A stretch of 64,000 bases of DNA from Bacteroidales bacterium (GCA_007130125.1 SLSZ01000066.1:7578-71577), one strand, 5' to 3'. Shown: positions 28,177-37,026, counted from the stretch's first letter. Numbers and translations are program-made. The notes: generated by a model from the letters alone, not told the origin.

Positions 28177-29640
28177 ATGAAAAAAGCAATATTAATTAAA
28201 GCAATAGCCACCGTAATGTTTGCCATCCCTTTGATCACAGCTGGGCAGGCAGTAACAAAAGAATTTGAAACAGAACCTTTTACAGGAGTTTCGGCAGGTG
28301 GTGTATTTACAGTGTCATTAACTCAAGCCGAGGAATTTTCGGTAAAAGTTGAAACTACTGAAGACCAGTTAGATAAAGTCTCTGTTGATGTAAAAAGAAA
28401 TGTTCTTACATTAAGTTTTGACGGAAGTATTTTCAGAAGGGCTGAAAGAATAAATGTTTATGTTACTGCCCCGGTTTATGAAAAGATCATAGCCGGCGGT
28501 GATGCAGCAATAAACGGAACCAACAAATTTACATCACCTGAGCTTGAACTCACAGCTTCTGGGTCTTCTGACGTCAGACTAAACCTGGAAACAGAAAATC
28601 TGCATTCCAGAATTTCAGGAGCAGCCAATGCAACCTTGCGTGGAATTGCAACCCTACATGAAACTGAAGTCAGTGGTGCTGCCTATTTGAAAGCATATGA
28701 ACTGCAAACAGAAAAAACAGTAGCCACCGGGTCAGGAGCATCTTCGTTGCAGGTAAACGCCTCTGAGGAATTGCAATTAGTAGCTTCAGGCACATCATCA
28801 ATTAATTATCAGCAAGTGCCCAAATCACAATCCATTTCAACATCAGGAGCAGGAAGCATACACTTCAAAGGTGACCCTGCCGATCTTGATGAAACTTCAG
28901 TAAAAGCTAAAGACCAAAAAGATACTGTAAGAGTTAAAGTTGGTGAAAGAGACCTTTTAATTGTTAGCGATGAAGAAAGCCGCAGAAAAAAAACAGTTAC
29001 AAGAAGACGCTCTTTCCGCAGCAACTGGAGTGGTATTGAAATGGGTGTGAACGGCTACCTTACACCCGAACATTCAATAAATCTTAGTGCCGACGACTAT
29101 TACCTTGAACTGGATTACGCAAGATCACTATCGGTAAACATTAACTGCTACCAACAAAACTTCAATCTTATAAAAAACAATGTCGGGCTTTTTACCGGTT
29201 TTGGGTTCGGATTTATAAACTACGCATTTGATAACAATATTACACTTTTGCATGAAGCCAACGAAATAGATTATGTTACCGAAGATCATGGTTTCAAAAG
29301 AAATCGTCTTTCAATGGTAAACTTCAACATCCCGGTTATGCTTGAATATCAAACTGCAAGGACAAGAAAAATAGAACAATTTCATCTGTCAGCAGGAGTT
29401 ATTGGGAGTGCCAAGTTAAGATCTTATACAAAGCAAGTTTATGACTTTGAAGGTGAAAAGCAAAAAGATAAATTTACCAAAAGTTATCATACAAGGCCAT
29501 TTAACCTGGATGCCACTGTAAGGGTTGGCTGGGGAAGAGTAAATCTTTTCGCAACTTATTCGCTTTTTCCACTGTTTCGCAGTGACAAAGGCCCGGAGTT
29601 ACATCCTTTCAATGTAGGAATACGGTTGGTTAACTGGTAA
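28177..29640 (+). CDS. DUF2807/GIN domain fused to a C-terminal outer-membrane beta-barrel domain
   Basis: Signal peptide. GIN-type repeats (ISGAANATLRGIA, VSGAAYLKA, GSGASSLQVNASEELQLVASGTSSINY, TSGAGSIHFKGDP). Basic linker RRKKTVTRRRSFR. About 200 aa of alternating-hydrophobic strands ending in ...FNVGIRLVNW, a terminal aromatic typical of OMPs. Confidence 0.7.
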   Translation: MKKAILIKAIATVMFAIPLITAGQAVTKEFETEPFTGVSAGGVFTVSLTQAEEFSVKVETTEDQLDKVSVDVKRNVLTLSFDGSIFRRAERINVYVTAPVYEKIIAGGDAAINGTNKFTSPELELTASGSSDVRLNLETENLHSRISGAANATLRGIATLHETEVSGAAYLKAYELQTEKTVATGSGASSLQVNASEELQLVASGTSSINYQQVPKSQSISTSGAGSIHFKGDPADLDETSVKAKDQKDTVRVKVGERDLLIVSDEESRRKKTVTRRRSFRSNWSGIEMGVNGYLTPEHSINLSADDYYLELDYARSLSVNINCYQQNFNLIKNNVGLFTGFGFGFINYAFDNNITLLHEANEIDYVTEDHGFKRNRLSMVNFNIPVMLEYQTARTRKIEQFHLSAGVIGSAKLRSYTKQVYDFEGEKQKDKFTKSYHTRPFNLDATVRVGWGRVNLFATYSLFPLFRSDKGPELHPFNVGIRLVNW

Positions 29641-29643
29641 TAA

Positions 29644-29671
29644 GTGACGCGTAACAAGTAACGGGTAACGG
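29644..29671 (+). repeat. Tandem heptamer array GTGACGC GTAACAA GTAACGG GTAACGG
   Basis: Four in-phase 7-mers start 4 nt after the stop codon. The last units form the 5' arm of the terminator hairpin. Same consensus (GTRACGG) as 14885-14912 in the opposite orientation. Confidence 0.65.
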
Positions 29672-29700
29672 GATTAAATTTCGTTACCCGTTTTTTTTTT
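29660..29700 (+). terminator. Rho-independent terminator
   Basis: 11-bp perfect stem AACGGGTAACG (29660-29670) / CGTTACCCGTT (29682-29692), an 11-nt loop, then a T-run through 29700. Confidence 0.85.
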
Positions 29701-29844
29701 GTAATTGGGGTTTAGGCTTTTTAAACAATGTTTTCAATAATTAATTCTAATTATTTTTTATTTTTGCAGCATAGCAAGGCTTAGCCGATGCTATTAAAAA
29801 GCCTGAGTACTATATTTTTAACATTACCTATTAAATAAAAGACT

Positions 29845-30585
29845 ATGGCCGGACACAGTAAATGGTCAACTATTAAGAGAAAAAAGGCAGCCCTGGACGC
29901 AAAGCGTTCTAAAATGTTTTCTGCAGCTATTAAAGAAATTACTGTAGCAGCAAAAGAAGGCGGCCCCGACCCCGAAGCAAACCCTCGCCTGCGCCTGGCT
30001 ATTGCCAATGCCAAAGGTGTTAATATGCCCAAGGATAACATCCAGCGGGCTGTCTCAAAAGCCGGCGACAAGGACGCTGCCAACTTCCAGGAAGTAACCT
30101 ATGAAGGCTACGGCCCCCACGGAGTGGGAATATATGTTGAATGCCTTACAGACAACATACAAAGAACCGTGGCGGCTGTTCGCTCATACTTTAACAAATA
30201 CAATGGCAAACTAGAAACCCATGGTGCTTTGAGTTTTATATTCGATAGAAAAGGAGTATTTACAGTGCCGGTTAATGATTTGGATGAAGAAGAGTTTATG
30301 ATGGAAATCATTGATGCCGGCGCCGAAGATGTAGAAACCGAAGACAATTATTTTACAATATATACTGCGATGGAAGACTTTGGTTCAATGCAGAAAAAGC
30401 TGGAAGAAATGAACCTTGAAGCAGAAAGCCAGGAGTTGCAAAGAATACCTAAAACCACAGTTACATTAAACAAAGAACAGGCTAAGCAGGTTCTTAAACT
30501 CATTGAAGCCTTCGAAGATGATGACGATGTGCAAAACGTATTTCATAACATGGAATTGACGGAAGAAATTATGGAAGAGATGTGA
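29845..30585 (+). CDS. yebC: YebC/PmpR family DNA-binding transcriptional regulator
   Basis: MAGHSKWSTIKRKKAALDAKRSKMF...AAKEGGPDPEANPRLRLAI..AK..NMPKDNI..A. 246 aa. A candidate -7 box, TATTTTTG, lies at 29759-29766. Confidence 0.9.
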   Translation: MAGHSKWSTIKRKKAALDAKRSKMFSAAIKEITVAAKEGGPDPEANPRLRLAIANAKGVNMPKDNIQRAVSKAGDKDAANFQEVTYEGYGPHGVGIYVECLTDNIQRTVAAVRSYFNKYNGKLETHGALSFIFDRKGVFTVPVNDLDEEEFMMEIIDAGAEDVETEDNYFTIYTAMEDFGSMQKKLEEMNLEAESQELQRIPKTTVTLNKEQAKQVLKLIEAFEDDDDVQNVFHNMELTEEIMEEM

Positions 30586-30601
30586 TGTTGGTATAATATG
30601 T

Positions 30602-30681
30602 TAATGTGCCAATGGGATAATGTGCCAATGGGTTAATGTGCCAATGGGTTAATGTGCCAATGGGATAATGGTGGGGTGGAA
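30602..30681. repeat. 16-bp tandem direct repeat, 4 good copies plus 1 degenerate (TAATGTGCCAATGGGW)
   Basis: TAATGTGCCAATGGGA / ...GGGT / ...GGGT / ...GGGA occupy 30602-30665, followed by the degenerate copy TAATGGTGGGGTGGAA. The array starts 17 nt after the yebC stop. A separate micro-repeat, AGTTGTTG x2, lies at about 30691-30706. Confidence 0.9.
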
Positions 30682-30845
30682 TAAGGTTTAGTTGTTGAGT
30701 TGTTGAATTATTATATTAATAATAGCGCTAAAGAATGTTTTTTAAAATCAGCGAACACTGCGGGAAAATTGTAAAAGTTTTGAAATTATAAAACCCCTTC
30801 AGGATAAATTCGCACTACACAGGTTACAAGTAATTTTGTCAGACT

Positions 30846-30876
30846 TTTGTTGTTGGAATAATTTTTGTTATCTTTG
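30846..30876 (+). promoter_or_regulatory. Candidate Bacteroidota sigma-A promoter for ssrA (TTTG-N19-TATCTTTG)
   Basis: -33-like TTTG at 30846-30849 and a -7 box TATCTTTG at 30869-30876 (TAnnTTTG), with 19-bp spacing, 16 nt upstream of the mature tmRNA 5' end. Confidence 0.45.
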
Positions 30877-30891
30877 TATAAGCAAATACAT

Positions 30892-31263
30892 GGGGCTGAT
30901 TTGGATTAGACAGCAAGTGTAGTTGAATTGTAAGCATGCCGAGCGTAGTGAATCTGGCTCGTAAATCTCAGGCACATCGCCTATAAATGGCAACGAAAAT
31001 GACTACGCGTTGGCAGCTTAATAAAAGTTATTAAGCGCCAACTGTTTCCCGGGAAGCTATGCCTGGCTGCGTCCCCAAGGAAACATCAGAAAAAGCCGGG
31101 ATAAGCCGGTTGGTGTTCCGACAACCGGTCGAAAATCACAGGAGCTAGGCAAAAGATAGGGTCGCCTTTTCCCGGTCTTTTGTCAAAAAACAAATAAAGG
31201 CTAAGCATGTAGAAAGCAGTTTGGCTGCTTGCTTGGACGAGGGTTCAAATCCCTCCAGCTCCA
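30892..31263 (+). ncRNA. ssrA: tmRNA (transfer-messenger RNA)
   Basis: The 5' GGGGCTGATTTGGATTAGACAGC... pairs with the 3' ...GGACGAGGGTTCAAATCCCTCCAGCTCCA (acceptor stem plus T-arm; CCA not encoded, the genome reads CTA). The internal tag ORF is GGC AAC GAA AAT GAC TAC GCG TTG GCA GCT TAA TAA = GNENDYALAA, at 30989-31018. Confidence 0.92.
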
Positions 31264-31277
31264 CTAAATATACAAAT

Positions 31278-31328
31278 CCGGAAAGCATTAATGGATTTTT
31301 TGTAATTTTGATGCTTTCCGGGTTTTTT
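31278..31328 (+). terminator. Rho-independent terminator after ssrA
   Basis: 11-bp stem CCGGAAAGCAT (31278-31288) / ATGCTTTCCGG (31311-31321), a 22-nt loop, and a T6 run at 31323-31328. Confidence 0.7.
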
Positions 31329-31353
31329 ATGTTTGAATTTATCATCAAAGGTT

Positions 31354-32355
31354 ATGTTACTAAAAAAAACACACTTCTACACTCTATTTATAATATTTTC
31401 TTTGTTGCTTGTTTCTTGTGGCACACCCGGGAATAAGACAGTTAATGAACAGCAAAATGAAAAAGATCCCGGCATTTCTGTTCCCACTTTTAACAGCGAC
31501 TCAGCTTTTTATTATCTTGAGAGGCAGGTAGATTTTGGGCCAAGAGTGCCAAATACGGATTCTCACCGTCGATGTGCCGAATATTTAAGTGAAACATTAA
31601 GCAGGTTTGTTGATACAGTTTACATACAAGAAACTGTGGTTACCGCTTTTGACGATTCCAGGCTTAATATTCAAAACATCATCGGATCTTTCAATCCCGG
31701 CAATCGCAGCCGCATACTTCTTGCAGCGCATTGGGATACACGCCCTTTTGCCGACGAAGATCCTGATCCGGAAAACCATTACACACCCATTGATGGAGCT
31801 AATGACGGCGCTAGTGGTGTTGCGGTATTACTGGAAATTGCGAGACACCTTTCTGAAAAACCAATTGAAACGGGCATTGACATTATATTTTTTGACGCAG
31901 AAGATTACGGGATACACTCCAGTTATGGTGAAAGCAAACCAGACACATGGGCTTTAGGTTCAAAATACTGGGCTCAAAACCCACATATTTCAAACTACTC
32001 TGCAAGGTTCGGCATACTGCTTGACATGGTAGGAGCACCTGATGCTACTTTTAAACATGAAGGCTACTCAATGTATTATGCACCAAACATTGTAAGAAGA
32101 GTGTGGCAAACTGCCCAGCACGCAGGTTACGGAAGTTATTTCCTAAACCAAAGGGCAGGTTATGTGATGGATGATCATTATAACATTAACAATTACAGGA
32201 ATATTCCAACAATTAATATTATACACCAGGATGATTCAACAGACCATGGTTTTTTCGAACATTGGCATACAATAAATGACAAGGCAAAATTCATTGACAA
32301 AAACACACTGAAAGCTGTAGGACAAACCGTACTTCACGTTATATATGAAGATTAA
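31354..32355 (+). CDS. Glutaminyl-peptide cyclotransferase (M28-fold glutaminyl cyclase), lipoprotein
   Basis: Lipobox LLLVSCG. FNSDSAFYYLERQVDFGPRVPNT..H, RILLAAHWDTRPFAD, DGANDGASGVAVLLEIAR, IIFFDAEDYG. Start placed at ATG 31354; the track TTG at 31333 abuts the ssrA terminator. Confidence 0.8.
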   Translation: MLLKKTHFYTLFIIFSLLLVSCGTPGNKTVNEQQNEKDPGISVPTFNSDSAFYYLERQVDFGPRVPNTDSHRRCAEYLSETLSRFVDTVYIQETVVTAFDDSRLNIQNIIGSFNPGNRSRILLAAHWDTRPFADEDPDPENHYTPIDGANDGASGVAVLLEIARHLSEKPIETGIDIIFFDAEDYGIHSSYGESKPDTWALGSKYWAQNPHISNYSARFGILLDMVGAPDATFKHEGYSMYYAPNIVRRVWQTAQHAGYGSYFLNQRAGYVMDDHYNINNYRNIPTINIIHQDDSTDHGFFEHWHTINDKAKFIDKNTLKAVGQTVLHVIYED

Positions 32356-32634
32356 CTGATGTTTTTTTAATTGTAAAGGTTAAATGCTGTTAAATCAAAC
32401 AATATAAAACCAAAAAAAGCATTTTTTTACAAAATAGTTGCATTATAAATTTGTGATATAATTGTTTGCTTTTTTAAAAATGTTATATTTGTCAACAATT
32501 TAAGTTTAAAAAAACAAGCATCACTTGGTTATTATCTTTAGCCTCAATTATTTAAAAAATTATTAGCAGTTATTGTTTCATTTTTTTTGTAATTTAGCAC
32601 CTTTAAAAAATAAAATGGCTAAAAGGTTAAGGTT

Positions 32635-32724
32635 GGAGAGGTGGCCGAGTGGTCGAAGGCGCACGCCTGGAAAGTGTGTATCCCGTGTGAAGCGGGATCG
32701 AGGGTTCGAATCCCTCTCTCTCCG
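32635..32724 (+). tRNA. tRNA-Ser (anticodon GGA)
   Basis: A 90-nt cloverleaf drawn by hand. Acceptor GGAGAGG/TCTCTCC (one G-U pair), D-arm GCC...GGC, anticodon stem CACGC/GTGTG with loop CTGGAAA, long variable arm ATCCCG-TGTGAAG-CGGGAT, T-arm GAGGG-TTCGAAT-CCCTC, discriminator G. No encoded CCA. Confidence 0.9.
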
Positions 32725-32794
32725 CTATAATCAGTTGGGGATTTATTGTAAAATAATTTAAACATTTTTTAACAAAACCAATAAAATTGAACTT

Positions 32795-33622
32795 ATGAAA
32801 AAATTATTTGTCTTTTTGACATTAGCAGGAATGCTTTCACTTGGGTTAAGCCATGCAGCTTTTGCTGAAGAGCACACTGAGCCCGAAACAGAAGTAACAG
32901 AAACTGATATTGAAGAAGCAGAAGAAGCAGAAGAAGAGCTTACTCCAGCAGAAATTCTGGAAATGGAAGCAGAAGAAGAGGTGGAAGAGGATGTAACTTT
33001 CCACTATGTTTTGAAAGAGCAGTTTATTGAAGGCGATGCAAGATTTATGAGTATCATTCTTTTATGTTTGATAATCGGCTTGGGATTGTCTTTGGAAAGG
33101 ATCATTTACCTTCACCTTGCAAGCACCAATACCAAAAAGCTTCTAAACAAGCTAGAAGAAGCACTAAAAGAAGGCGGTATTGAAGGAGCGAAAGAACTAT
33201 GCCGCAATACACGCGGGCCTGTTGCCAGCATTTTTTATCAAGGCCTGGACCGCTATGAAGAAGGCATGGAGATAGTTGAAAAATCAATTGTTTCTTATGG
33301 CAGCGTACAAATGGGGCGATTGGAAATGAACCTTACATGGATATCGCTATTTATAGCAATTGCACCTATGCTTGGTTTTATGGGTACTGTTATTGGTATG
33401 ATCGGTGCTTTCGATGCTATTGCTGCTGCAGGTGATATTTCGCCAACTATTGTTGCCGATGGTATTAAAGTAGCTCTTTTGACAACTGTTTTTGGTCTTA
33501 TTGTGGCAGTTATACTACAAGTCTTCTACAACTATGTTGTTTCAAAGATTGATGGTATTGTCAACAGTATGGAAGATGCTACAATATCATTCATGGATAT
33601 TTTAATTAGACATAACAAATAA
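32795..33622 (+). CDS. exbB: MotA/TolQ/ExbB proton-channel family protein with signal peptide and acidic N-terminal extension
   Basis: Signal-like N-terminus, an E-rich segment (EEAEEAEEELTPAEILEMEAEEEVEED), and the TolQ/ExbB core (IAPMLGFMGTVIGMIGAF...ADGIKVALLTTVFGLIVA). Confidence 0.85.
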   Translation: MKKLFVFLTLAGMLSLGLSHAAFAEEHTEPETEVTETDIEEAEEAEEELTPAEILEMEAEEEVEEDVTFHYVLKEQFIEGDARFMSIILLCLIIGLGLSLERIIYLHLASTNTKKLLNKLEEALKEGGIEGAKELCRNTRGPVASIFYQGLDRYEEGMEIVEKSIVSYGSVQMGRLEMNLTWISLFIAIAPMLGFMGTVIGMIGAFDAIAAAGDISPTIVADGIKVALLTTVFGLIVAVILQVFYNYVVSKIDGIVNSMEDATISFMDILIRHNK

Positions 33623-33635
33623 AAAAAATCGCCAT

Positions 33636-33950
33636 ATGAGTGAAAATTTTATAGATATAGGCATGTATGTTACATATGGGTTGCTAGCTTTAGCAGCTTT
33701 GCTGGCGGTTATATCCCCTGTCATAAATTTTATAAAAGACATTAGCAAAGCTAAGGGTCCCTTAATTGGACTGGCTATATTGGCTGTAATAGTATTAGTA
33801 GCCTTTTCTCTTTCAACCGGTGAAACATACGAAGGTGTAACCTCTGTAATGTCCAGATGGATAAGTACAGGTATCACAACCGTATTTTTTCTTGCCGGGC
33901 TGGCTATTTTAGCTGCCATTTTTGCCGAAGTTGCAAAAATTATTAAATAA
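33636..33950 (+). CDS. Small 3-TM membrane protein of unknown function inside the exbB-exbD cluster
   Basis: 104 aa with three clean hydrophobic helices. 13 bp after exbB and 29 bp before exbD, same strand. The antisense ORF 33602..33964 was judged spurious. Confidence 0.55.
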   Translation: MSENFIDIGMYVTYGLLALAALLAVISPVINFIKDISKAKGPLIGLAILAVIVLVAFSLSTGETYEGVTSVMSRWISTGITTVFFLAGLAILAAIFAEVAKIIK

Positions 33951-33979
33951 CCAATAAAATTCAAAAGGAGACATTATTT

Positions 33980-34555
33980 ATGGCTCGATCGAGACCCGAA
34001 TTAAACGCAGGATCAATGGCAGACATAGCATTCTTGCTGCTTATCTTCTTCCTGGTTACAACAACCATGGATGTGGATGTAGGCATTACCAGAATGTTAC
34101 CTCCGCCTATTGACCCAAATGCACCCGAACCACCTCCGGTACGTGAAAGAAACGTATTTGTTGTATTGGTTGACAGGCATGACAGGTTGATGGTGGAAGG
34201 TCAGATCACATCCGTTGATCGTCTTAAAGAACAAACGAAAAACTTCTTGTTAAACCCTACAAATGACCCCACAATGCCCGAAAAAAGAATTCAAGAAATT
34301 CCGCATCTCGGGGAAATGGAAGTATCCAGAGGAGTCATTTCGCTTCAGAATGACCGTAATACATCTTACGAAATGTATATAGCTGTTCAAAACGAATTAG
34401 CCGCCGCCATCAATGAAATACGTGATGACGTTTCAAAAGAACACTTTGGCATTGAATTCTCTGAATTAAGAGACCAGGAACTCATTGATGCAGTCAGAAC
34501 GGCGGTACCAATGGCAATATCTGAAGCTGAACCAAAAGATATAGGAGGTAGATAA
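33980..34555 (+). CDS. exbD: ExbD/TolR family biopolymer transport protein
   Basis: N-terminal LNAGSMADIAFLLLIFFLVTTTM (ExbD TM signature) followed by a periplasmic domain. 191 aa. Confidence 0.85.
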   Translation: MARSRPELNAGSMADIAFLLLIFFLVTTTMDVDVGITRMLPPPIDPNAPEPPPVRERNVFVVLVDRHDRLMVEGQITSVDRLKEQTKNFLLNPTNDPTMPEKRIQEIPHLGEMEVSRGVISLQNDRNTSYEMYIAVQNELAAAINEIRDDVSKEHFGIEFSELRDQELIDAVRTAVPMAISEAEPKDIGGR

Positions 34556-34557
34556 TT

Positions 34558-35037
34558 ATGGGTAGATTCAAAAAAGACAGTAAAGGTGGTACACCGAAAA
34601 TTAGCACAGCTTCCTTGCCAGACATTATCTTCATGCTGTTGTTCTTCTTTATGGTAACAACTACACTCAGAGAAACTCAACTCTTTGTCAGAACTCAGTT
34701 ACCAATGGCTACAGAAGTACAAACACTTGAAAGAAAATCGCTGGTAAGCAATATTTATATCGGTCCCCCATTTCAAACAAGAGTGTTTGGTACTGAACCC
34801 CGTATTCAGCTTCAAGATCAATTCGCAACAGTCGATGATATTGCTGCTTTCATCTCTGCTGAAAGAGAAGCAAGAGCTGAAGCTGAAAGACCTCTTATGA
34901 CTACTTCTCTTAAAGTAGACAGAGAAACTACAATGGGTATCGTAACAGATGTGAAACAAGAGCTAAGACAAGTTAATGCTCTTAGAATCAACTACTCTAC
35001 TGCAAGAGGCGAAAGACCCGGAAGCGGCAGGAGATAA
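34558..35037 (+). CDS. exbD: ExbD/TolR family biopolymer transport protein (second copy)
   Basis: ISTASLPDIIFMLLFFFMVTTTL TM signature. 2-bp gap from the preceding exbD. Confidence 0.85.
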   Translation: MGRFKKDSKGGTPKISTASLPDIIFMLLFFFMVTTTLRETQLFVRTQLPMATEVQTLERKSLVSNIYIGPPFQTRVFGTEPRIQLQDQFATVDDIAAFISAEREARAEAERPLMTTSLKVDRETTMGIVTDVKQELRQVNALRINYSTARGERPGSGRR

Positions 35038-35064
35038 ATTACATCAATAAATCATATTTTTAAA

Positions 35065-35094
35065 AAAGGCGTTTTTAACTAAACGCCTTTTTTT
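35065..35094 (+). terminator. Rho-independent terminator after the exbBD cluster
   Basis: Stem AAAGGCGTTT (35065-35074) / AAACGCCTTT (35081-35090), a 6-nt loop, and a T-run to 35094. Confidence 0.8.
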
Positions 35095-35374
35095 ATATAT
35101 ATCGACTTTTATCAATTAATATTTTTTAAAAACAATACGAAATACAATATATTTCCTAATTAAGCATAATCTGGAAAAATCTAACCGCTGTTAAATTATG
35201 TTAATCGCCAATTTTATATGACTATTGAAGATAACTTTGTAATTAAAGTAAATTATTTCAACTATTTTCGTGTAAAAAATGTTTTTTGATTAATTGCTTT
35301 TTTGATGTTGGAAAATCAAAAAATATGATTTGTTACAAAAATATTTATTTTAGAAAACAAAAGCTTAATACGAT

Positions 35375-37012
35375 ATGATGAAAAAAAGAGTCATCATTTT
35401 ATTAATCGTATTACTGTCGGTAACCCTGACAGGATTGGTATATATACAGCTATACTGGATAAGAAATGCCATATCAGTCAAAGAAGTTAATTTTGACAGA
35501 GGTGTCAGTGAGGCAATCTCATCAGCAATATACAAATACAACAAAATTGAATTGGCGCATAAATTGTTGATGCGTCGAGCTCAAAACCAACAAATAGACC
35601 AGGTTTACAATGCTTTAGACTCATTGAACCGTTTATATTATGATAAGTTTTTTACCCCGGGAAACCTTAACAGTGAAGATGGTTTGGCTGATGAAAAGGA
35701 ACATGTCATGGAAGGTCGTGTCTCTATAGATTACCGACAATCTTCTAATGAAAAAACCGAATATTCTTTTGACACGAGTTTTGTGTCAAGCACAGGGCAT
35801 GTTATCAGCGAAGGACAAGGGTATATCCAGAGAAACCCTGTCAGCGGTATTGAGGATGCTCCGTTCAGAATGTTTCGTGAAAGTACAAAGATTATCAACG
35901 ATCTTTTTGATGATCTTTTTCACAATCGCATTTATTATAATATGGCAAACGAAGTAAACCAATTATTGCTTGACTCGCTAATAAACAATGAGCTGCAAAA
36001 CCATGGTATTAATACTACCTATGAATTTGGCATTTATAATCCTGCCTTTAATAAGCTAATATCTGAAAATTCAGGAAAACATTCACAGAAGTTGCTTAAA
36101 GAGGGTTATGTGTTCAGCTTATTTCCAGATGCAGTTTTTAGCAATCCGGAATATTTGCTGATATATTTTCCAAATCAAAAAAAATATGTTCTCTCGCAAC
36201 TGCATTTAATGCTTGGTATTTCATCGGTATTTATCTTCATCATTATTTTCTCATTTGTTTTTATTATATTTACAATATTCAGGCAAAAAAAGCTCTCGGT
36301 TATGAAAAATGATTTTATAAACAATATGACCCACGAGCTAAAAACACCAATATCCACAATATCATTAGCATGCCAGGCACTTAATGATACTGATGTCAGA
36401 AAAACAGAAAAGCTATATCAAAGCTATATTACAATGATCAACGAAGAAAACAAAAGGCTTGGCGCAATGACTGAAAAGGTGCTTCAGACAGCCTTAATAG
36501 ACAAAGGCAAGCTCAAGCTTAGCTTTGCAGGCGTTGATATTCACGAAATTATTAATGATGCAATTGATAAAACTTCTCTGCATCTCAAAAACAGGCATGG
36601 TGAAATAATAACCAGATTCAATGCCGAACACACATACCTCGAAGCCGATAAAATGCATCTTACAAACGTGGTTTTCAACCTGTTGGATAATGCAATAAAA
36701 TATACTATTAAAACACCGCAAATAGTTGTTACAACAGAAAATACCAATAAGGGAATTCAAATAAGTGTGAAAGATAATGGTGTCGGTATTAGCAAATCTC
36801 ATCAGAAAAAAATATTTGACAACCTTTACAGGGTTTCAAAAGGAAACATACATGACGTAAAAGGTTTTGGATTAGGACTAAGTTATGTTAAAAAGGTGGT
36901 TGACCTTCATGGCGGAAATATTGACATTACCAGCGAACCTAAAAAAGGCTCGACTTTTGTTGTTTTTCTTCCATTTGGTTTCAATCAAAAAAACAATAAT
37001 TACAATAATTAG
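35375..37012 (+). CDS. Sensor histidine kinase with large extracytoplasmic N-terminal domain
   Basis: TM1 at about residues 5-27, an uncharacterised loop of about 250 aa, TM2 (ISSVFIFIIIFSFVFIIFTIF), H-box NNMTHELKTPISTI, and HATPase_c motifs (NLLDNAIKYT, DNGVGI, GFGLGLSYVKKVV). Confidence 0.85.
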   Translation: MMKKRVIILLIVLLSVTLTGLVYIQLYWIRNAISVKEVNFDRGVSEAISSAIYKYNKIELAHKLLMRRAQNQQIDQVYNALDSLNRLYYDKFFTPGNLNSEDGLADEKEHVMEGRVSIDYRQSSNEKTEYSFDTSFVSSTGHVISEGQGYIQRNPVSGIEDAPFRMFRESTKIINDLFDDLFHNRIYYNMANEVNQLLLDSLINNELQNHGINTTYEFGIYNPAFNKLISENSGKHSQKLLKEGYVFSLFPDAVFSNPEYLLIYFPNQKKYVLSQLHLMLGISSVFIFIIIFSFVFIIFTIFRQKKLSVMKNDFINNMTHELKTPISTISLACQALNDTDVRKTEKLYQSYITMINEENKRLGAMTEKVLQTALIDKGKLKLSFAGVDIHEIINDAIDKTSLHLKNRHGEIITRFNAEHTYLEADKMHLTNVVFNLLDNAIKYTIKTPQIVVTTENTNKGIQISVKDNGVGISKSHQKKIFDNLYRVSKGNIHDVKGFGLGLSYVKKVVDLHGGNIDITSEPKKGSTFVVFLPFGFNQKNNNYNN

Positions 37013-37026
37013 AAATACAAGTTATT

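Noticed and set aside
30602-30681. Possible CRISPR array, because of regularly spaced identical 16-mers
   Set aside because: The repeats are directly abutting with no unique spacers. The unit is far shorter than CRISPR repeats, and no cas genes are present. It is a plain tandem repeat.
31145-31436. ORFs 31145..31348 (minus) and 31221..31436 (plus), and ORF 32573..32761 (plus)
   Set aside because: They overlap the tmRNA 3' domain and terminator, and the tRNA-Ser gene, respectively. They are translations of structured RNA genes.
30892-32724. Genomic island or prophage integrated at ssrA or tRNA-Ser
   Set aside because: tmRNA and tRNA 3' ends are classic att sites. Here, however, the flanking genes are housekeeping (glutaminyl cyclase, exbBD), no integrase is present, and I found no duplicated copy of either RNA 3' end downstream.
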